NCBI GenBank assembly: GCA_963723305.1
Contig: CAVRRT010000019.1
Span: 8,727 to 72,726 of the forward strand
Source: an uncultured Pseudomonadota bacterium
GTDB lineage: Bacteria; Myxococcota_A; Polyangia; Fen-1088
Reading direction: 5' to 3'
Length of the DNA stretch: 64,000 nt
The notes beneath the pieces were generated by a model. The model was given only the letters and a program-made list of their open reading frames with translations, did not search any database and was not told where the DNA came from. The position numbers and the translations under genes were made by a program. The first letter of the stretch is position 1, and each line of letters opens with the position of its first letter. Positions 8,384 through 20,214 of the stretch are shown piece by piece.

Positions 8384-11300
8384 TCACCCCCGCAATCCTA
8401 GATTGACGGTGCGCAGACCGAGCTGCGCGCGCAGCTCGAAATAGCCCTCGGAGACGCTCCAGGCGCAGAGATCGCGGACGATGTCGCCGGCCTCGATCGA
8501 CGGATAGGCCGCCTGTCCGAGCCGGGCCGCCACCTCGAGATCGCCCGCCAGCAAGAGGCCGGCGCGGAGGGTGGAGAATGAGGCCGCGCGCGACCAGCGG
8601 GCGACATCGGGCTCGGCGCCGATCGCGCGAAAGCGGCCGACCAGCACGGTGAGCTGCTCGACCAGCTGGGGCGTCAGCGTCCGTTCGAGGAAGATCGTGT
8701 ACTGCGCGACCGCGCCGGCCTGTTCGGCCGGCACCTTGCTCTCGGGGCTCACCAGCCGGATCGCCGCCTGCACGACCACCTCCAGCTCCGCCAGCGTCGG
8801 CACGACGCTCGGCCAGCGCAGCAGGTGATCGGGGCGCAGCGCCGCCAGCGTCCGCCCGAGGACGAACGCCAGCTCGATGTCCGAGCGCATCTCGTCCACC
8901 CCCTTGCCCAGGATCAACGTGGTCGGCGCCGGCGCGCCGGCCGTCGCGCCGCGCACGTTGACGACGTCGACCTCGCCGGGGACGTCGGGCGCCAGGTAGA
9001 CCTCGGGCGTCGGGACGCCGAGGACCGCGGCGCCGTAGGCCAGCACCTTGCACGGCAACGACGGGTCGGAGGCGACGTCGCGGCGTTGCTTCTTCTTGAG
9101 CCCGGTCTCCTTGAACGGCCGCGCGCGCGCGGTGGCGACCGCCGGCGAGAGCGTCGCCAGGATCTGTGACAGCGCCCGGTCCTGCTCGGGGTGGTAGATC
9201 TGCGTCTGCCAGACCTCCTCGGTCAGGCGCGCATGGGCGCGCACGACGCCGGTCGGACGGTACTGCTGGTAGAGCGCCCGCTCCTCGGCGTCGGCCCGAC
9301 CGATGAGCACCAGCGCCGCCGCGGCGCCGTGCGCTTCGTCGAGCGTTCCCATCTCGACGAACAGGCGCACCAGCGTCTTCAGATCTGGCTCCATCTCCGC
9401 CGGGCTCTTGGCCCGCAAGAGGATCGCCCGGTGCTCGGCGACCGCCTTGCCGTAGGCCGCGGGCCCGACCAGGCGATAGAGCTCGGCCAGCACGCGGCGC
9501 CGTTCGATCGAATCGGGATCGAGCCCCGCGGCGACCTCGAAAGCGGCGATGGCGGCCGAAGGGTCCTTGAGGCGGGTCCGGTAGATCTCGCCCAGGCCGT
9601 GCCACAACATGATCAGCGGGGGACGTGCTTCCGGCGGCAGCTCCGCCCCCAGGCGCTTGATCTGGCGGCGGTAGATGCGCTCCTGCGTCTTCCAGTCGTG
9701 CGCCTCCGTCACCAACCGGTCGATGCGCTCGAAGGTCTTGAAGTCGAGCGGGTCGGCGTCGAGCGCCCGTTCGAACGCTTCGATCGCCTCGCCGCGCGCC
9801 CCCAGCTCTTCGCCCAGGATGTTCCCGGCGGCGACGAGGTAAGGGGCGCGCGTCCCCCCCTCGCCCAGCTCCGCCAGCCGCGCCAGGAGCTGCACCGACT
9901 GCTTCCACTGCTTGGTCTCGGTGTAAAGCTCGAGCAACCGGTGCATGATCGATCGCTCGTCGGGCCAGATCTTGAGCGCCTCGAGATAGGCGGCGATGGC
10001 GCGCTGCGGATCGTTGCGGCGGTCGCGGTGGATGGTGGCCACGTGCTCGAGCAGCCCCAGCTTGGTCCGCGGATCGTCGGTGACCGCCAGCAGCGCCTGG
10101 GTGTGGCGCACGACCGCGTCGTCGTTCCCGGAGGCGCGCGCCGCCTCGACCAGCGACTCGAGCGCGCGGCTGCGGCGCGGATCGAGCGCCAGCGCCTTCT
10201 CCAGCGGTTCGAGCGCCTCCGCCGGCGCGCCCGAGCGGAGCCGCGCGATGCCCAGCCGTTCGTAGGCGACGATCTGGGCCTCGCGCGCCAGCCCGTCGGG
10301 ATCGACGAGCACGCTCTGGTAGGCGACCGCCGCTTCGCTCCACTCCTGGCGACGGAAGGAGAGGTCGGCCAGCTCGCGGCGCGCGGCGAAGGTCGCCTCG
10401 GACGGCGACGAGGCAGGGATCTCGGCGACGGCGGCGGCGCCGTAGGCCTCGAGCGCGCCGCCCTCGTCGCCGGTCGCCTCGCGGGCACGGCCGAGGCGGT
10501 AGAGCCGGCGGGCCCGTTCGGGCGCCGATTGGCTCTCCGCGGTGCTCGCCAGGAGCTCCGCCAGCGGAAGCAGCCCCGAAAAGTCGCCGCGCCGGAGCTT
10601 GATCTCGGCCAGCTTCTCGACGAGGTCGCTGCGCGTGCTGTCGATCGCCAGGATCTCGCTGTAGAGAATCGGCCGCCTGCGCCTCGTCGTCGAGCGGGCC
10701 GGCGCAGATCTCGGCGGCCTCGCCCAGGATGCGTGTCTTGTCGCCGGGGTCGGTCAGAGCCGCCGCCGCTCGCCCCAGCAGCTGCCGCGCCTTCAGCCAA
10801 TCCTTGCGCTCGCGGTAGAGCGCCGCGAGAAGCAGCAGGCTCGGCACGTGGGTATCGCCCCCGGGCAAGGTCAGCGCCAGCGCCAGCTGCTCCTCGGCGC
10901 CGCGGGCATCGCCGAGCCGCTCCTTGAGCAGCCGCGCCAACCGATATTGAGCGTCGATGCGATCGGGGACCCTCGAAGGCTCTCCGCGCCCACCCGCGAC
11001 CGACTCCGCCGGGCTGAGCCCGGCTTCGTCCTCGCCTGGATCGAGGGCCACCGGCGCCTCGGGCAGGACGGCGATCAGACGGCGGAGCAGGTCCGCCGCG
11101 GCGTCCCAAGCGCCGCTCTCCTCGTGCAGGCGGCCGAGGCCGTCGAGCGCCCCACTGTGCCGCGGCTCGTACCGCAGCACCTCCAGGTAGGCGTCGCCGA
11201 GCTTACCGACGTCCGTGCCGGGGCGCTCGCGCTTGCGCCCCAGGATCTCGACGTAGCGATCCCAGCTCCGCTGACGGCGGTAGAGATTCTCGAGCAGCGC

Positions 11301-11765
11301 CAGCGCGCCCCCGTGCTCCGGCGCCAGCGTCAGCGCGGTCTCGGCGGCCCTGGCGGCCTCCTCGAGCTGCGCGCGTCCGGTCTCGTTCCAGAAGGCGATC
11401 TGCACCCACAGGTCGGCCGCCTGCTTGTGATCCTCGAGGCCGCCCGCAACCTCGGCGGTGGCGGCCACGAGCTCGCCCCAAAATCCGTGACCGCGCGCGA
11501 TCCGTTCCATTTCCTGGATCACGCGCCCGCTGGCGGGATCCTCGGCCAGAGCGGTCTGCAGCGTCACGAGCGCCCCGCTCGGATCCCCCAACCTGCGCTC
11601 GTAGAGCTCGGACACCCGACAGAGCACGGCCGTGCGCTCGGCTCCAGCCGGCGCCGCCTCGGCCTCCACCAACAGCTCGTCGATCCGCGCGGTCCATTCT
11701 TCGACCGGCGGCTGCTGCTGCACAGGCGGCTCGGGATCGAAGGCGTCGGAGCTCATCCGGTGCAC
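8384..11765 (-). CDS. large TPR-repeat protein (~1100 aa); frameshift near 10650
   Basis: The N-terminal ~350 aa of ORF 8169-11765 and the whole of ORF 8384-10312 both read as degenerate TPR/helical repeats. The frame of the long ORF collapses into Arg/Pro-rich nonsense after ...AADSLQRD at ~10650. Confidence 0.5.
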
Positions 11766-11824
11766 TCCCTATCTGACCATTAACACGGGGCCGAGGCCGC
11801 GGGGGAACGATCGCCCCGCGCCAT

Positions 11825-13693
11825 TCAGCGCATCACCGAATCGGAAGCCGTCATACGTGCATCTGCCAGCCAGATCGAAAGCGCGGGCGGACCGGTCAGC
11901 GCGACATCGAATTCGAGCGGACCGCCCCTGTGGACGACCTGTGCCTCCAGCCCGACCGCGGCGCCGGCCGGCAGGTCGTAGCTGCCGCCAGCAAACGACA
12001 GCCGCACCGGAGCTGCCGCCTCGTCGGTCGCCTTCAGGGCGACGACATAGGTGCCGGGGGCGAGCGCGCCGCCGCCCAGCCGGACGCGTGCCCGCGCGCT
12101 CCCGTCGGCGCCGGTCGTGAGGTGGAGGCCGCTCGGCGCCCCTTCGATCGGCGAGGTCCCTGAGAGCGGAGGCGCCGGCCGCCAGAGCAAGAGCCGCGTC
12201 CCGCTCTGCCCCCCCGCTTGGAAGGCCACCTCCGTCGCGGCCCAGCGGTGCCGTGCGCGCAACGCCCGACCACCGTCGAGAATCGCCGGCCAGGAGATCC
12301 GCCAGATGACGATCAGCGCCAGCGCCACCGCCAGGGCACGCGACGAACGGACGACCTCCTCACGCGACCGACGGGCCAGGGCCAGCGCCAGCGCGGCCAG
12401 CTCGCCGAGCGCCAGGGCGACGAACGGAAACGCCAGCATCTCGAGCGGCAGCCGGTAGCGCGGCTCGGCGAAGAAGACGGCGTAGGTCGCGGCGAGCGCC
12501 AGCTGAAAGGGGAGCAGCGCCAAGAGCGTCCAGCGACGGCGCACGAACGCCAGGGCGATCCCGGCCAGGGCCAGCCCCATCACCGCCAGGCCGAACGCGT
12601 CGGCGAGCCGCGCGATGCCGGCGCGGCGGGCGGCAAACCAGGCGCCGCGCGAACCGACCAGCACGCCCGGTCGAAAGATCGGCCAGTAGAGCAGACGGAC
12701 CTCCGGATCGAACAGGCGATCGGCCTTGAGCACCACCATCCCCAGCGTGTAGCGCGGCTCGAACCGGGTCCACTCGCGGACGATGGCGTAGGCGGCCTGG
12801 TCGGTCGCCCGGTGCGGCTCGTCGAGCACGCTCCGCCCGGTCACGTCTTTGAACAGGCGATTGAGCGCGCGCGTGTAGGTCCCCTCGGAGTTGGGGTTGG
12901 CGCCGATGAGCGCGGTGATTCCGCCATGATCGTCGGTGAAGTAGAGCGCGCCGCTCTGCCGCAGATGCCGGATCGCCCAGGGGGACAGCACCGCCAGCGC
13001 CGCCGCCACCCCCGCGGCCGTCAGGAGCAACGCGCGGCCGACGCGCACCCGCCGCCCGAGCCAGTAGCCGACCGTCAGCGCCGAGAGCGGCAGCGCCACC
13101 GCGCGCACCCAGGCCGCGAGGCCCATCGCCGCGCCGAACATCAGCGCCGCCGTCCAGGGACGCCGGGGAGCGAGCGTCACCAGGAGCGCGAGGGCCATCA
13201 CGATCAGCGCGGCCGCGGGGACGTCGGTGCCGACGACGCTCGCCATCGCCACCCCCGCCGGCCAGAGGGCGTAGATCGCCGTCGCGGCGGCGGCGTGCGG
13301 ACAGGGGCACCACCGCCGCCGGCCGCTCGGTCGCGCCGACCCATTGGCCTCGCCGTCGCCGGAGTCGTCGTCGTCACGGTCGCCGTCGAGGAGCCCCAAG
13401 GTGAGGGCGAAGAGCCCCGCGGCGCCGAGCCCGCCGAAGAAGACGCCGAGCAGCTTCTGCGCCAGCAGATCGCCGCCCAGGTTCTTGATCGCCGCCAAGA
13501 GCGCGACGAACCCCGGCATGTAGATGAAGCCGGGATCGAGCCGGCCGAACTCCGACAGGTAGTTGGCCGACTCGCGGTACATCGCGAAGTCGCTCACCGG
13601 CACCGTGGGGACCGACAGCACCCAGACCAGTCGCAAAGCGGTCGCCAGCCCGACCAGCGCAGCGCCCCAGACCAGGGTCGCCCGCGACTTCAA
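11825..13693 (-). CDS. polytopic membrane glycosyltransferase-like protein (GT-C fold, GT39/ArnT-like) with a C-terminal soluble domain
   Basis: 622-aa ORF with about 10 TM helices and a periplasmic-loop acidic motif near the N-terminus. A C-terminal ~150-aa beta-rich region follows. The start abuts the stop of the upstream SCP2 gene. Confidence 0.45.
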   Translation of the reverse strand: MKSRATLVWGAALVGLATALRLVWVLSVPTVPVSDFAMYRESANYLSEFGRLDPGFIYMPGFVALLAAIKNLGGDLLAQKLLGVFFGGLGAAGLFALTLGLLDGDRDDDDSGDGEANGSARPSGRRRWCPCPHAAAATAIYALWPAGVAMASVVGTDVPAAALIVMALALLVTLAPRRPWTAALMFGAAMGLAAWVRAVALPLSALTVGYWLGRRVRVGRALLLTAAGVAAALAVLSPWAIRHLRQSGALYFTDDHGGITALIGANPNSEGTYTRALNRLFKDVTGRSVLDEPHRATDQAAYAIVREWTRFEPRYTLGMVVLKADRLFDPEVRLLYWPIFRPGVLVGSRGAWFAARRAGIARLADAFGLAVMGLALAGIALAFVRRRWTLLALLPFQLALAATYAVFFAEPRYRLPLEMLAFPFVALALGELAALALALARRSREEVVRSSRALAVALALIVIWRISWPAILDGGRALRARHRWAATEVAFQAGGQSGTRLLLWRPAPPLSGTSPIEGAPSGLHLTTGADGSARARVRLGGGALAPGTYVVALKATDEAAAPVRLSFAGGSYDLPAGAAVGLEAQVVHRGGPLEFDVALTGPPALSIWLADARMTASDSVMR

Positions 13694-14035
13694 CTACCCC
13701 GCCATCTGGAGCAGCTTCGACAGCTTCGTGGCCAGGATCGGATCGCCGCCGACCTTCAGCTTGCCGCTGAAGAAGAGCGACATCGCCGCCTGCATGCCGC
13801 CGTCGATCATGCCGCGGAAGTCGTCGTCGGAGGCCTCGATGGTGCACTGCGGAGTGCCCGCCTCGCCGACCACGCAGGTGGGGGGCGTCGAGACGAGATC
13901 GACGGTCCAGGTGCCGCCGTCGGCGCCGCTGATCTTGAACAGGTAGACCGCGGCCACGTCCTTGGCCTTCTCCGGGCTGGTGGCAAGAACGGCGGGGACT
14001 TTCTGGTCGAAAAACGCCTTTACGGACGTCGGCAT
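13694..14035 (-). CDS. SCP2 (sterol carrier protein-2) domain protein
   Basis: 113 aa. FFSGKLKVGGDPILATKLSKL is the characteristic SCP2 C-terminus. Confidence 0.6.
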   Translation of the reverse strand: MPTSVKAFFDQKVPAVLATSPEKAKDVAAVYLFKISGADGGTWTVDLVSTPPTCVVGEAGTPQCTIEASDDDFRGMIDGGMQAAMSLFFSGKLKVGGDPILATKLSKLLQMAG

Positions 14036-14059
14036 CGGAACCTCCGGGAAATGGGAATC

Positions 14060-15514
14060 CTAACCGGACTTGCGGGTGGCAGCATATTTCTTCGCCACCT
14101 TCTGCGCGTAGCCGGTCTTTTCGATCGGCGCCGCGCGCGTTATCACCAGCGCCCCGGGCGGCACATCCTCGGTCACCGTCGTCCCGGCGCCGACCACCGC
14201 CCCTTTGCCGACCCGCACCGGCGCCACCAGCTGCGAGTCGGACCCGATGAACGCGCCGTCGTCGATGACGGTCCTGAACTTCTCGTAGCCGTTGTAGTTG
14301 CAGGTGATGGTGCCGGCGCCGATGTTCACTTTTTCGCCGACGGTGGTGTCGCCGAGGTAGCTGAGGTGGTTGGCCTTGCTGCCTCGTCCGAGGGTCGTTT
14401 TCTTGGTCTCCACGAAGTTGCCGATGTGGGCGTCGGGGCCGATCTCGGTGCCCGGGCGCAAATGGGCGAAGGGACCGATCGTCGCGCCGGCACCGATCAC
14501 CGACTCGGTGGCCACCGAGTAGGGGCGAATGAGCGCGCCGGCGCCGACCTCGGTGTCGGTGAGGATGACGCCGTCGCCGATGCGCGCGCGGTGGCCGATC
14601 TTGGTGCGGCCGCGCAGCGCCACGCCCCGCCCCAGCTCGACGTCGACGCCGACCACGACGTCGGGCTCGACGTCGGTGGTTGCGGGATCGCGGAAGGTGA
14701 CGTGCGCCATGAGCGCGCGGTTGATCCGCGCCCGCATCACCGCCTCCGCCTCGGCGAGCTGCCGGCGATCGTTGACGCCGGCGACGTCGCGGAAGTCGGC
14801 CTCCACGGCGGTGACGCCGATCCCTTCCGAAGCGCGGGCGATGATGTCGGTCAGGTAGTACTCCCCCTGCGCGTTGCGCGCGGAGAGCCCGGCCGTCGCG
14901 GTGCGGAAGAAATCGACCGGGCCGCAGTAGATGCCGGCGTTCACCTCGCTGATGGCGCGCTCTTCGGGAGAGGCGTCCTTCTCCTCGACGACGCCGATGA
15001 CGTTCCCCCGATCGTCGCGCAGGATGCGGCCGTAGCCGGTGGGATCGGGCGGCGTCGCCGTCACCAGGGCCAGGCAGCGGTAGCGACGGGCGGTCCCCAC
15101 CAGCGCGGCCAGGGTCTCGCGCCGCAGGAGCGGCACGTCGCCGTAGAGCACCAGCACCAGGTCACCCGAGAAGCTCTTCAGCGCCGGCATCGCCAGCCGG
15201 ACGGCGTGGCCGGTGCCGCGCTGCTCGGTCTGCTCCACGACGGTCACCACCCCGGCACCGAAACGGCTCTGCAGCGCGGCCTCGACCGCGGGGCGCTGGT
15301 GGCCGAGCACGGCGATGACCGGATCGGCGCCCACCATCCGCGCCAGGTCGATCGGATAGGCGCCCAGCGGCCGACCGAGGATCTCGTGCAGCACCTTGGC
15401 CCGCGAGGACCGCATCCGCGTCCCCTTCCCCGCCGCCAGCACGATCGCTGCCAGCCCGCCGCGCGTCGGGCGGGCGCGTCGTCCCTTGAGGTTCTTTTTC
15501 GCGCGCGCCGCCAT
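14060..15514 (-). CDS. glmU: bifunctional UDP-N-acetylglucosamine pyrophosphorylase / glucosamine-1-phosphate N-acetyltransferase
   Basis: LAAGKGTRM nucleotidyltransferase motif; NAGIY; long C-terminal left-handed beta-helix hexapeptide repeats (IGAGATIGPFAHLRPGTEIG...); ATG at 15514. Confidence 0.85.
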   Translation of the reverse strand: MAARAKKNLKGRRARPTRGGLAAIVLAAGKGTRMRSSRAKVLHEILGRPLGAYPIDLARMVGADPVIAVLGHQRPAVEAALQSRFGAGVVTVVEQTEQRGTGHAVRLAMPALKSFSGDLVLVLYGDVPLLRRETLAALVGTARRYRCLALVTATPPDPTGYGRILRDDRGNVIGVVEEKDASPEERAISEVNAGIYCGPVDFFRTATAGLSARNAQGEYYLTDIIARASEGIGVTAVEADFRDVAGVNDRRQLAEAEAVMRARINRALMAHVTFRDPATTDVEPDVVVGVDVELGRGVALRGRTKIGHRARIGDGVILTDTEVGAGALIRPYSVATESVIGAGATIGPFAHLRPGTEIGPDAHIGNFVETKKTTLGRGSKANHLSYLGDTTVGEKVNIGAGTITCNYNGYEKFRTVIDDGAFIGSDSQLVAPVRVGKGAVVGAGTTVTEDVPPGALVITRAAPIEKTGYAQKVAKKYAATRKSG

Positions 15515-15596
15515 GGGCTTTGAAGCTCGACGGTACTTAACAACGTGGCGAGCCTTTGTCCACCGCGGTCGGCGGGATAAACTGCGCCCAAGCGCG

Positions 15597-17624
15597 ATGG
15601 CCGGATATGTCCTCATCGTCGAACGGGACGCGGAGCTGCAGCAGCGCATCGGCGCGGCGCTGCGCGAGGCCGGCTACGAGCTGGCGGCCGAGACGGAGGC
15701 GGCCTGGGCCAAGCGGAGCATCGCCGTGCGCAGGCCGGACGCGGTGATCCTGGGGACGCGGCTCGGCGACGGCGACGGGTTTGGGCTGGCCGAGGAGCTG
15801 CGCCGCGATCTCGAGACCCGGACGGTGCCGATCGTCTTCATCGCCAGCTCGCACCGCGGCGCGAGCCACCGCGCCGAGGCGCGGCGCCGGTTCGCCCCGG
15901 CCGAGTACCTGACCACGCCGCTCGACGCCCGGCTGATCGCGCCGCGGCTGGTCGCGCTGGCCGAGCTGGCGGCGGCCCCTCCGGTCGACGAGGAGGCGAC
16001 GCCGCCGCCGATGGCGGTGACGAAGGAGAGCCTGCGCGATCCGGCGCAACAGCGCGAGCGCCGCGACGTCGAGCGAACCGCCAAGACGCTGGTCGAAGAC
16101 CCGGCGGAGGCCGCGTTCGCCGGGACGCTCAAGCGGACGCCGCTGGCCCGCGTGCTCCAGCGGCTCTACGCGACGCGCGCCACGGGCTCGCTGCTGTTGC
16201 TGCGGGACAACACCAAGAAGATCGTCCTCCTGGCCGAAGGCTACCCGGTGTCGGTGCGCTCCAACCTGCTCGGCGAGTGCCTGGGGCAGATCCTGCTGGA
16301 GAAGAAGCTGATCACCGGCGAGGCGCTGGCCGCCTCGGTGGCGCGCATGCAGAAGGAGAAGCGCCAGCAGGGGCAGATTCTGATCGAGATGGGCGCGCTC
16401 TCCCCCTACAACCTGCAGCGCGCGCTGGTCGATCAGCTGGAGGCCAAGCTGCTGGAGATTTTCACCTGGCCGGACGGGAAGTTCATGTTCAAGGCGGGTG
16501 AAGGGGCCACGGCCGGGGCGACGCGCCTCGAGCGCCCGCCGGCGGCGTTGATCCTGGAGGGGATCCGGCGCCACTACGACGAGGCCCGACAGAAGGCGGT
16601 GCTCGGCCGCTACGCCGGGCAGTACGTCGCGCTCAGCGCCGACCCGATGCTGCGGCTGCAGGAGATGACGGCCGATCCGACGGAGCAGGCCTTCATCCAC
16701 GACCTCGACGGGTCGCGCCAGCTGGAGGCGATCCTGGCGCACGCCAAGGTCCCCACCCCGAAGGCCCGCCTGTTGCTGGTCGCGCTCTCCGAGGCCGGGA
16801 TGATCCAGCCGCGCGAAGCGACCTCCCGACGCCGGGCCGCCGCGCCCCCCACCGCTGCGCCGACCCCCGTCGCGCCGGCGCCCGAGCGCCAGCCGGCGCC
16901 GCTCGGCAGCGGCGAGCTGTCGATGATGCTGCAGATGGCGCGCACGCAGGATCACTTCTGGGCGCTCGGCGTGGGCCGCGACACCCCCGCGGCGGAGATC
17001 GATCGTGCCTACGAGGCGCTGGCGCGCAGCTTCCACGCCGATCGCTACCGCCTGGCGTCCGACGACGATCGCCGGATGGCGCAGGAGATCTTCGATTGCC
17101 TCGCCGAGGCCCACCGCGTGCTACAGGATCCGGCGCGCCGGCGCGCCTACCTGGCCAAGCTTGGCCGCCAGGAGGACGCCCCCCCCGCGCCGCCACGCGA
17201 CCTCTCCGCGGCGCCCGTGGCGGTGCCGGTGCGGGCGACCTCCGGATCGCCGGGCGGCGCCGCCCAGTCGCTCTACGAGGTGGGGCTCGAGCACCTGCGC
17301 GCCCGCCGCCACCACGAGGCCGTCGAGGTGCTGCGGCAGGCCGCGCGTCTCATCCCCAACGAGGCCGATTACCGGGCGGCGCTGGGGTGGGCCCTGTTCC
17401 GCCAGGCGCCCGCCGACGCGCGCGCTGCCCGGGCCGCCATCGCCGAGCTGCGGCGCGCGACCCAGATCGACGAGCGCCACCGGACCGCGGCCCAGCACCT
17501 GGCCGAGATCTACGCGCAGACCGGCCAGCCCGAGGCGGCCATCACGGAGCTGGAGCGGCTGCTGGCGCTCGATCCGGAGGCCGTCGAGCTGGCCGACGAG
17601 CTGCGCCGGCTGCGCGCGCAGTAA
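15597..17624 (+). CDS. multidomain regulatory protein: response-regulator receiver-like, DUF4388, J-domain (DnaJ) and C-terminal TPR
   Basis: The ATG at 15597 gives MAGYVLIVERDAELQQ... with a REC-like fold and an acidic pocket. TGSLLLLRDNTKKIVLLAEGYPV is a DUF4388 block. DHFWALGVGRDTPAAEIDRAYEALARSFHADRY is J-domain helix II with an HPD-like region. TPR-like helices run from ~17230 to the end. Confidence 0.55.
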   Translation: MAGYVLIVERDAELQQRIGAALREAGYELAAETEAAWAKRSIAVRRPDAVILGTRLGDGDGFGLAEELRRDLETRTVPIVFIASSHRGASHRAEARRRFAPAEYLTTPLDARLIAPRLVALAELAAAPPVDEEATPPPMAVTKESLRDPAQQRERRDVERTAKTLVEDPAEAAFAGTLKRTPLARVLQRLYATRATGSLLLLRDNTKKIVLLAEGYPVSVRSNLLGECLGQILLEKKLITGEALAASVARMQKEKRQQGQILIEMGALSPYNLQRALVDQLEAKLLEIFTWPDGKFMFKAGEGATAGATRLERPPAALILEGIRRHYDEARQKAVLGRYAGQYVALSADPMLRLQEMTADPTEQAFIHDLDGSRQLEAILAHAKVPTPKARLLLVALSEAGMIQPREATSRRRAAAPPTAAPTPVAPAPERQPAPLGSGELSMMLQMARTQDHFWALGVGRDTPAAEIDRAYEALARSFHADRYRLASDDDRRMAQEIFDCLAEAHRVLQDPARRRAYLAKLGRQEDAPPAPPRDLSAAPVAVPVRATSGSPGGAAQSLYEVGLEHLRARRHHEAVEVLRQAARLIPNEADYRAALGWALFRQAPADARAARAAIAELRRATQIDERHRTAAQHLAEIYAQTGQPEAAITELERLLALDPEAVELADELRRLRAQ

Positions 17625-17814
17625 CCGCCGCCGCTCGGGCCGCGTCCCGGCGGCGAGGGCTCGCGCGAAGGCTGGCCTGCGACATTGCTGTCAGGGTCCC
17701 TCCTGGTTTTCACAGACCTGGCCAGCGCGCCGGGCGCGACCGCCGCCAAGGACGGCCCCGAATCGCGCCGGCGGCCGCTCCGGGCGGGGCACGACGCTTG
17801 CTGTTCTCCCTGGC

Positions 17815-18531
17815 ATGCCCAGTCACACGCTCGCCCGCTCGCGCTATTCGGCCAGCCTGCTCGCCCGCGTGTCGGCCGGGTGGCGGCGAATCGCCGACGA
17901 CGAGCGGCGGGGCGTCGCGGCCGCCGCTCACATCGCCGCCGATCTGGCCGCCCTCAACGCGCCGCCCGCCATTCTCTCCGCGGCGGCGCGCCTGATCGCC
18001 GACGAGGTTCATCATCTCGACGTCTGCGCCTGCGTCCTCGACGAGCTCGATCCGGCGGCGCGCCGGATCGCCGTCCGCAGCGCGACCTCCCGCCGCCTGG
18101 ATCTCACGCCGCGCGCGCCGGTGGGCGAGAGCGCGCTGGCGTGCACGCTGGTGGCCGACTACGCGCTCGGCAAGCCGGCCTCGGCGGCGGCGTTCGCCGC
18201 TGCGCGCGCCGTCAGCCGCGAGCCGCTGTTCGCCTGGGCCTACACCGAGCTGCTGCGCGACGAGGCCCGCCACGCCACCTTCGGCGCCAAGACGGCGGCC
18301 TGGGTCATCCGCCGCTGGTCTTCCGGCGAGCGCCGGACCCTCTGGACCGACGCGCTCACCTCCTCGGCGAACGCCGCCGAGCGCCCCCACGACCACGAGG
18401 CCGAGGCGCTGGGGTTGCTCCCCGCCAGCTCGGACTGCACGCTCCCGCGCTGGATTCTCCCGCACCTCGAGCCGCTCGGGATCCACGCCACGCCGGCGAA
18501 CGCAGCGAACGCGGCGAACGCAGCAAACTGA
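17815..18531 (+). CDS. ferritin-like (di-iron carboxylate) domain protein with a C-terminal (ANA)n tail
   Basis: Two E-x-x-H motifs (DEVHHLD, RDEARHATFG) are spaced as in the ferritin-like superfamily. The tail ANAANAANAAN is encoded by a 9-bp x ~4 tandem repeat at 18498-18531. Confidence 0.4.
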   Translation: MPSHTLARSRYSASLLARVSAGWRRIADDERRGVAAAAHIAADLAALNAPPAILSAAARLIADEVHHLDVCACVLDELDPAARRIAVRSATSRRLDLTPRAPVGESALACTLVADYALGKPASAAAFAAARAVSREPLFAWAYTELLRDEARHATFGAKTAAWVIRRWSSGERRTLWTDALTSSANAAERPHDHEAEALGLLPASSDCTLPRWILPHLEPLGIHATPANAANAANAAN

Positions 18532-18555
18532 CCACCGCTGGTCCACTGAGACGGT

Positions 18556-18575
18556 GAGGGGAAGCGGCCCCCCTC
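18556..18575. terminator. small GC hairpin between convergent genes
   Basis: GAGGGG-aagcggcc-CCCCTC (6-bp stem) lies in the 48-bp gap between the ferritin-like gene stop and the MIPS gene stop. Confidence 0.25.
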
Positions 18576-18579
18576 CGCC

Positions 18580-19916
<1,337 letters not shown>

Positions 19917-20214
19917 TGGGGCTCCTTCTATAGTCGAAATGGCGATGCTGCAACCAAGATAACCAACGGTAAGCAACCGATAAGCAACCCTGATGCCGCA
20001 TCTCCCGCCAGAGGTTGCCCCGCGGCCCGTCTGGGGTTCACGCTTGCGCTCGGCGGATCTGTGGTAGAAACCCCCCGCTCTTTTAACACCTCCGACATCA
20101 CACGCCTGCTGAGGTGGCCGTGCGTGCCTGAGCGCTCGGACGATCGAATGATCGTTCGCGCGCAATCGGGTTACGGCCACCGATGACGCAGGCGGCGGAA
20201 AACAACGCGAAGGA

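Noticed and set aside
8169-11765. 1198-aa ORF as a single gene
   Set aside because: Only its first ~350 aa are TPR-like. The rest (PGDRQHAQRPRREAG..., poly-Arg/Gly) is an out-of-frame reading of the same gene whose true continuation is ORF 8384-10312. It is treated as one frameshifted TPR gene, not an 1198-aa protein.
12218-15523. 1101-aa plus-strand ORF antisense to the GT-C gene, SCP2 and glmU
   Set aside because: No start or stop constraint in high-GC antisense DNA. Arg/Gly/Asp-rich nonsense. The real genes are on the minus strand.
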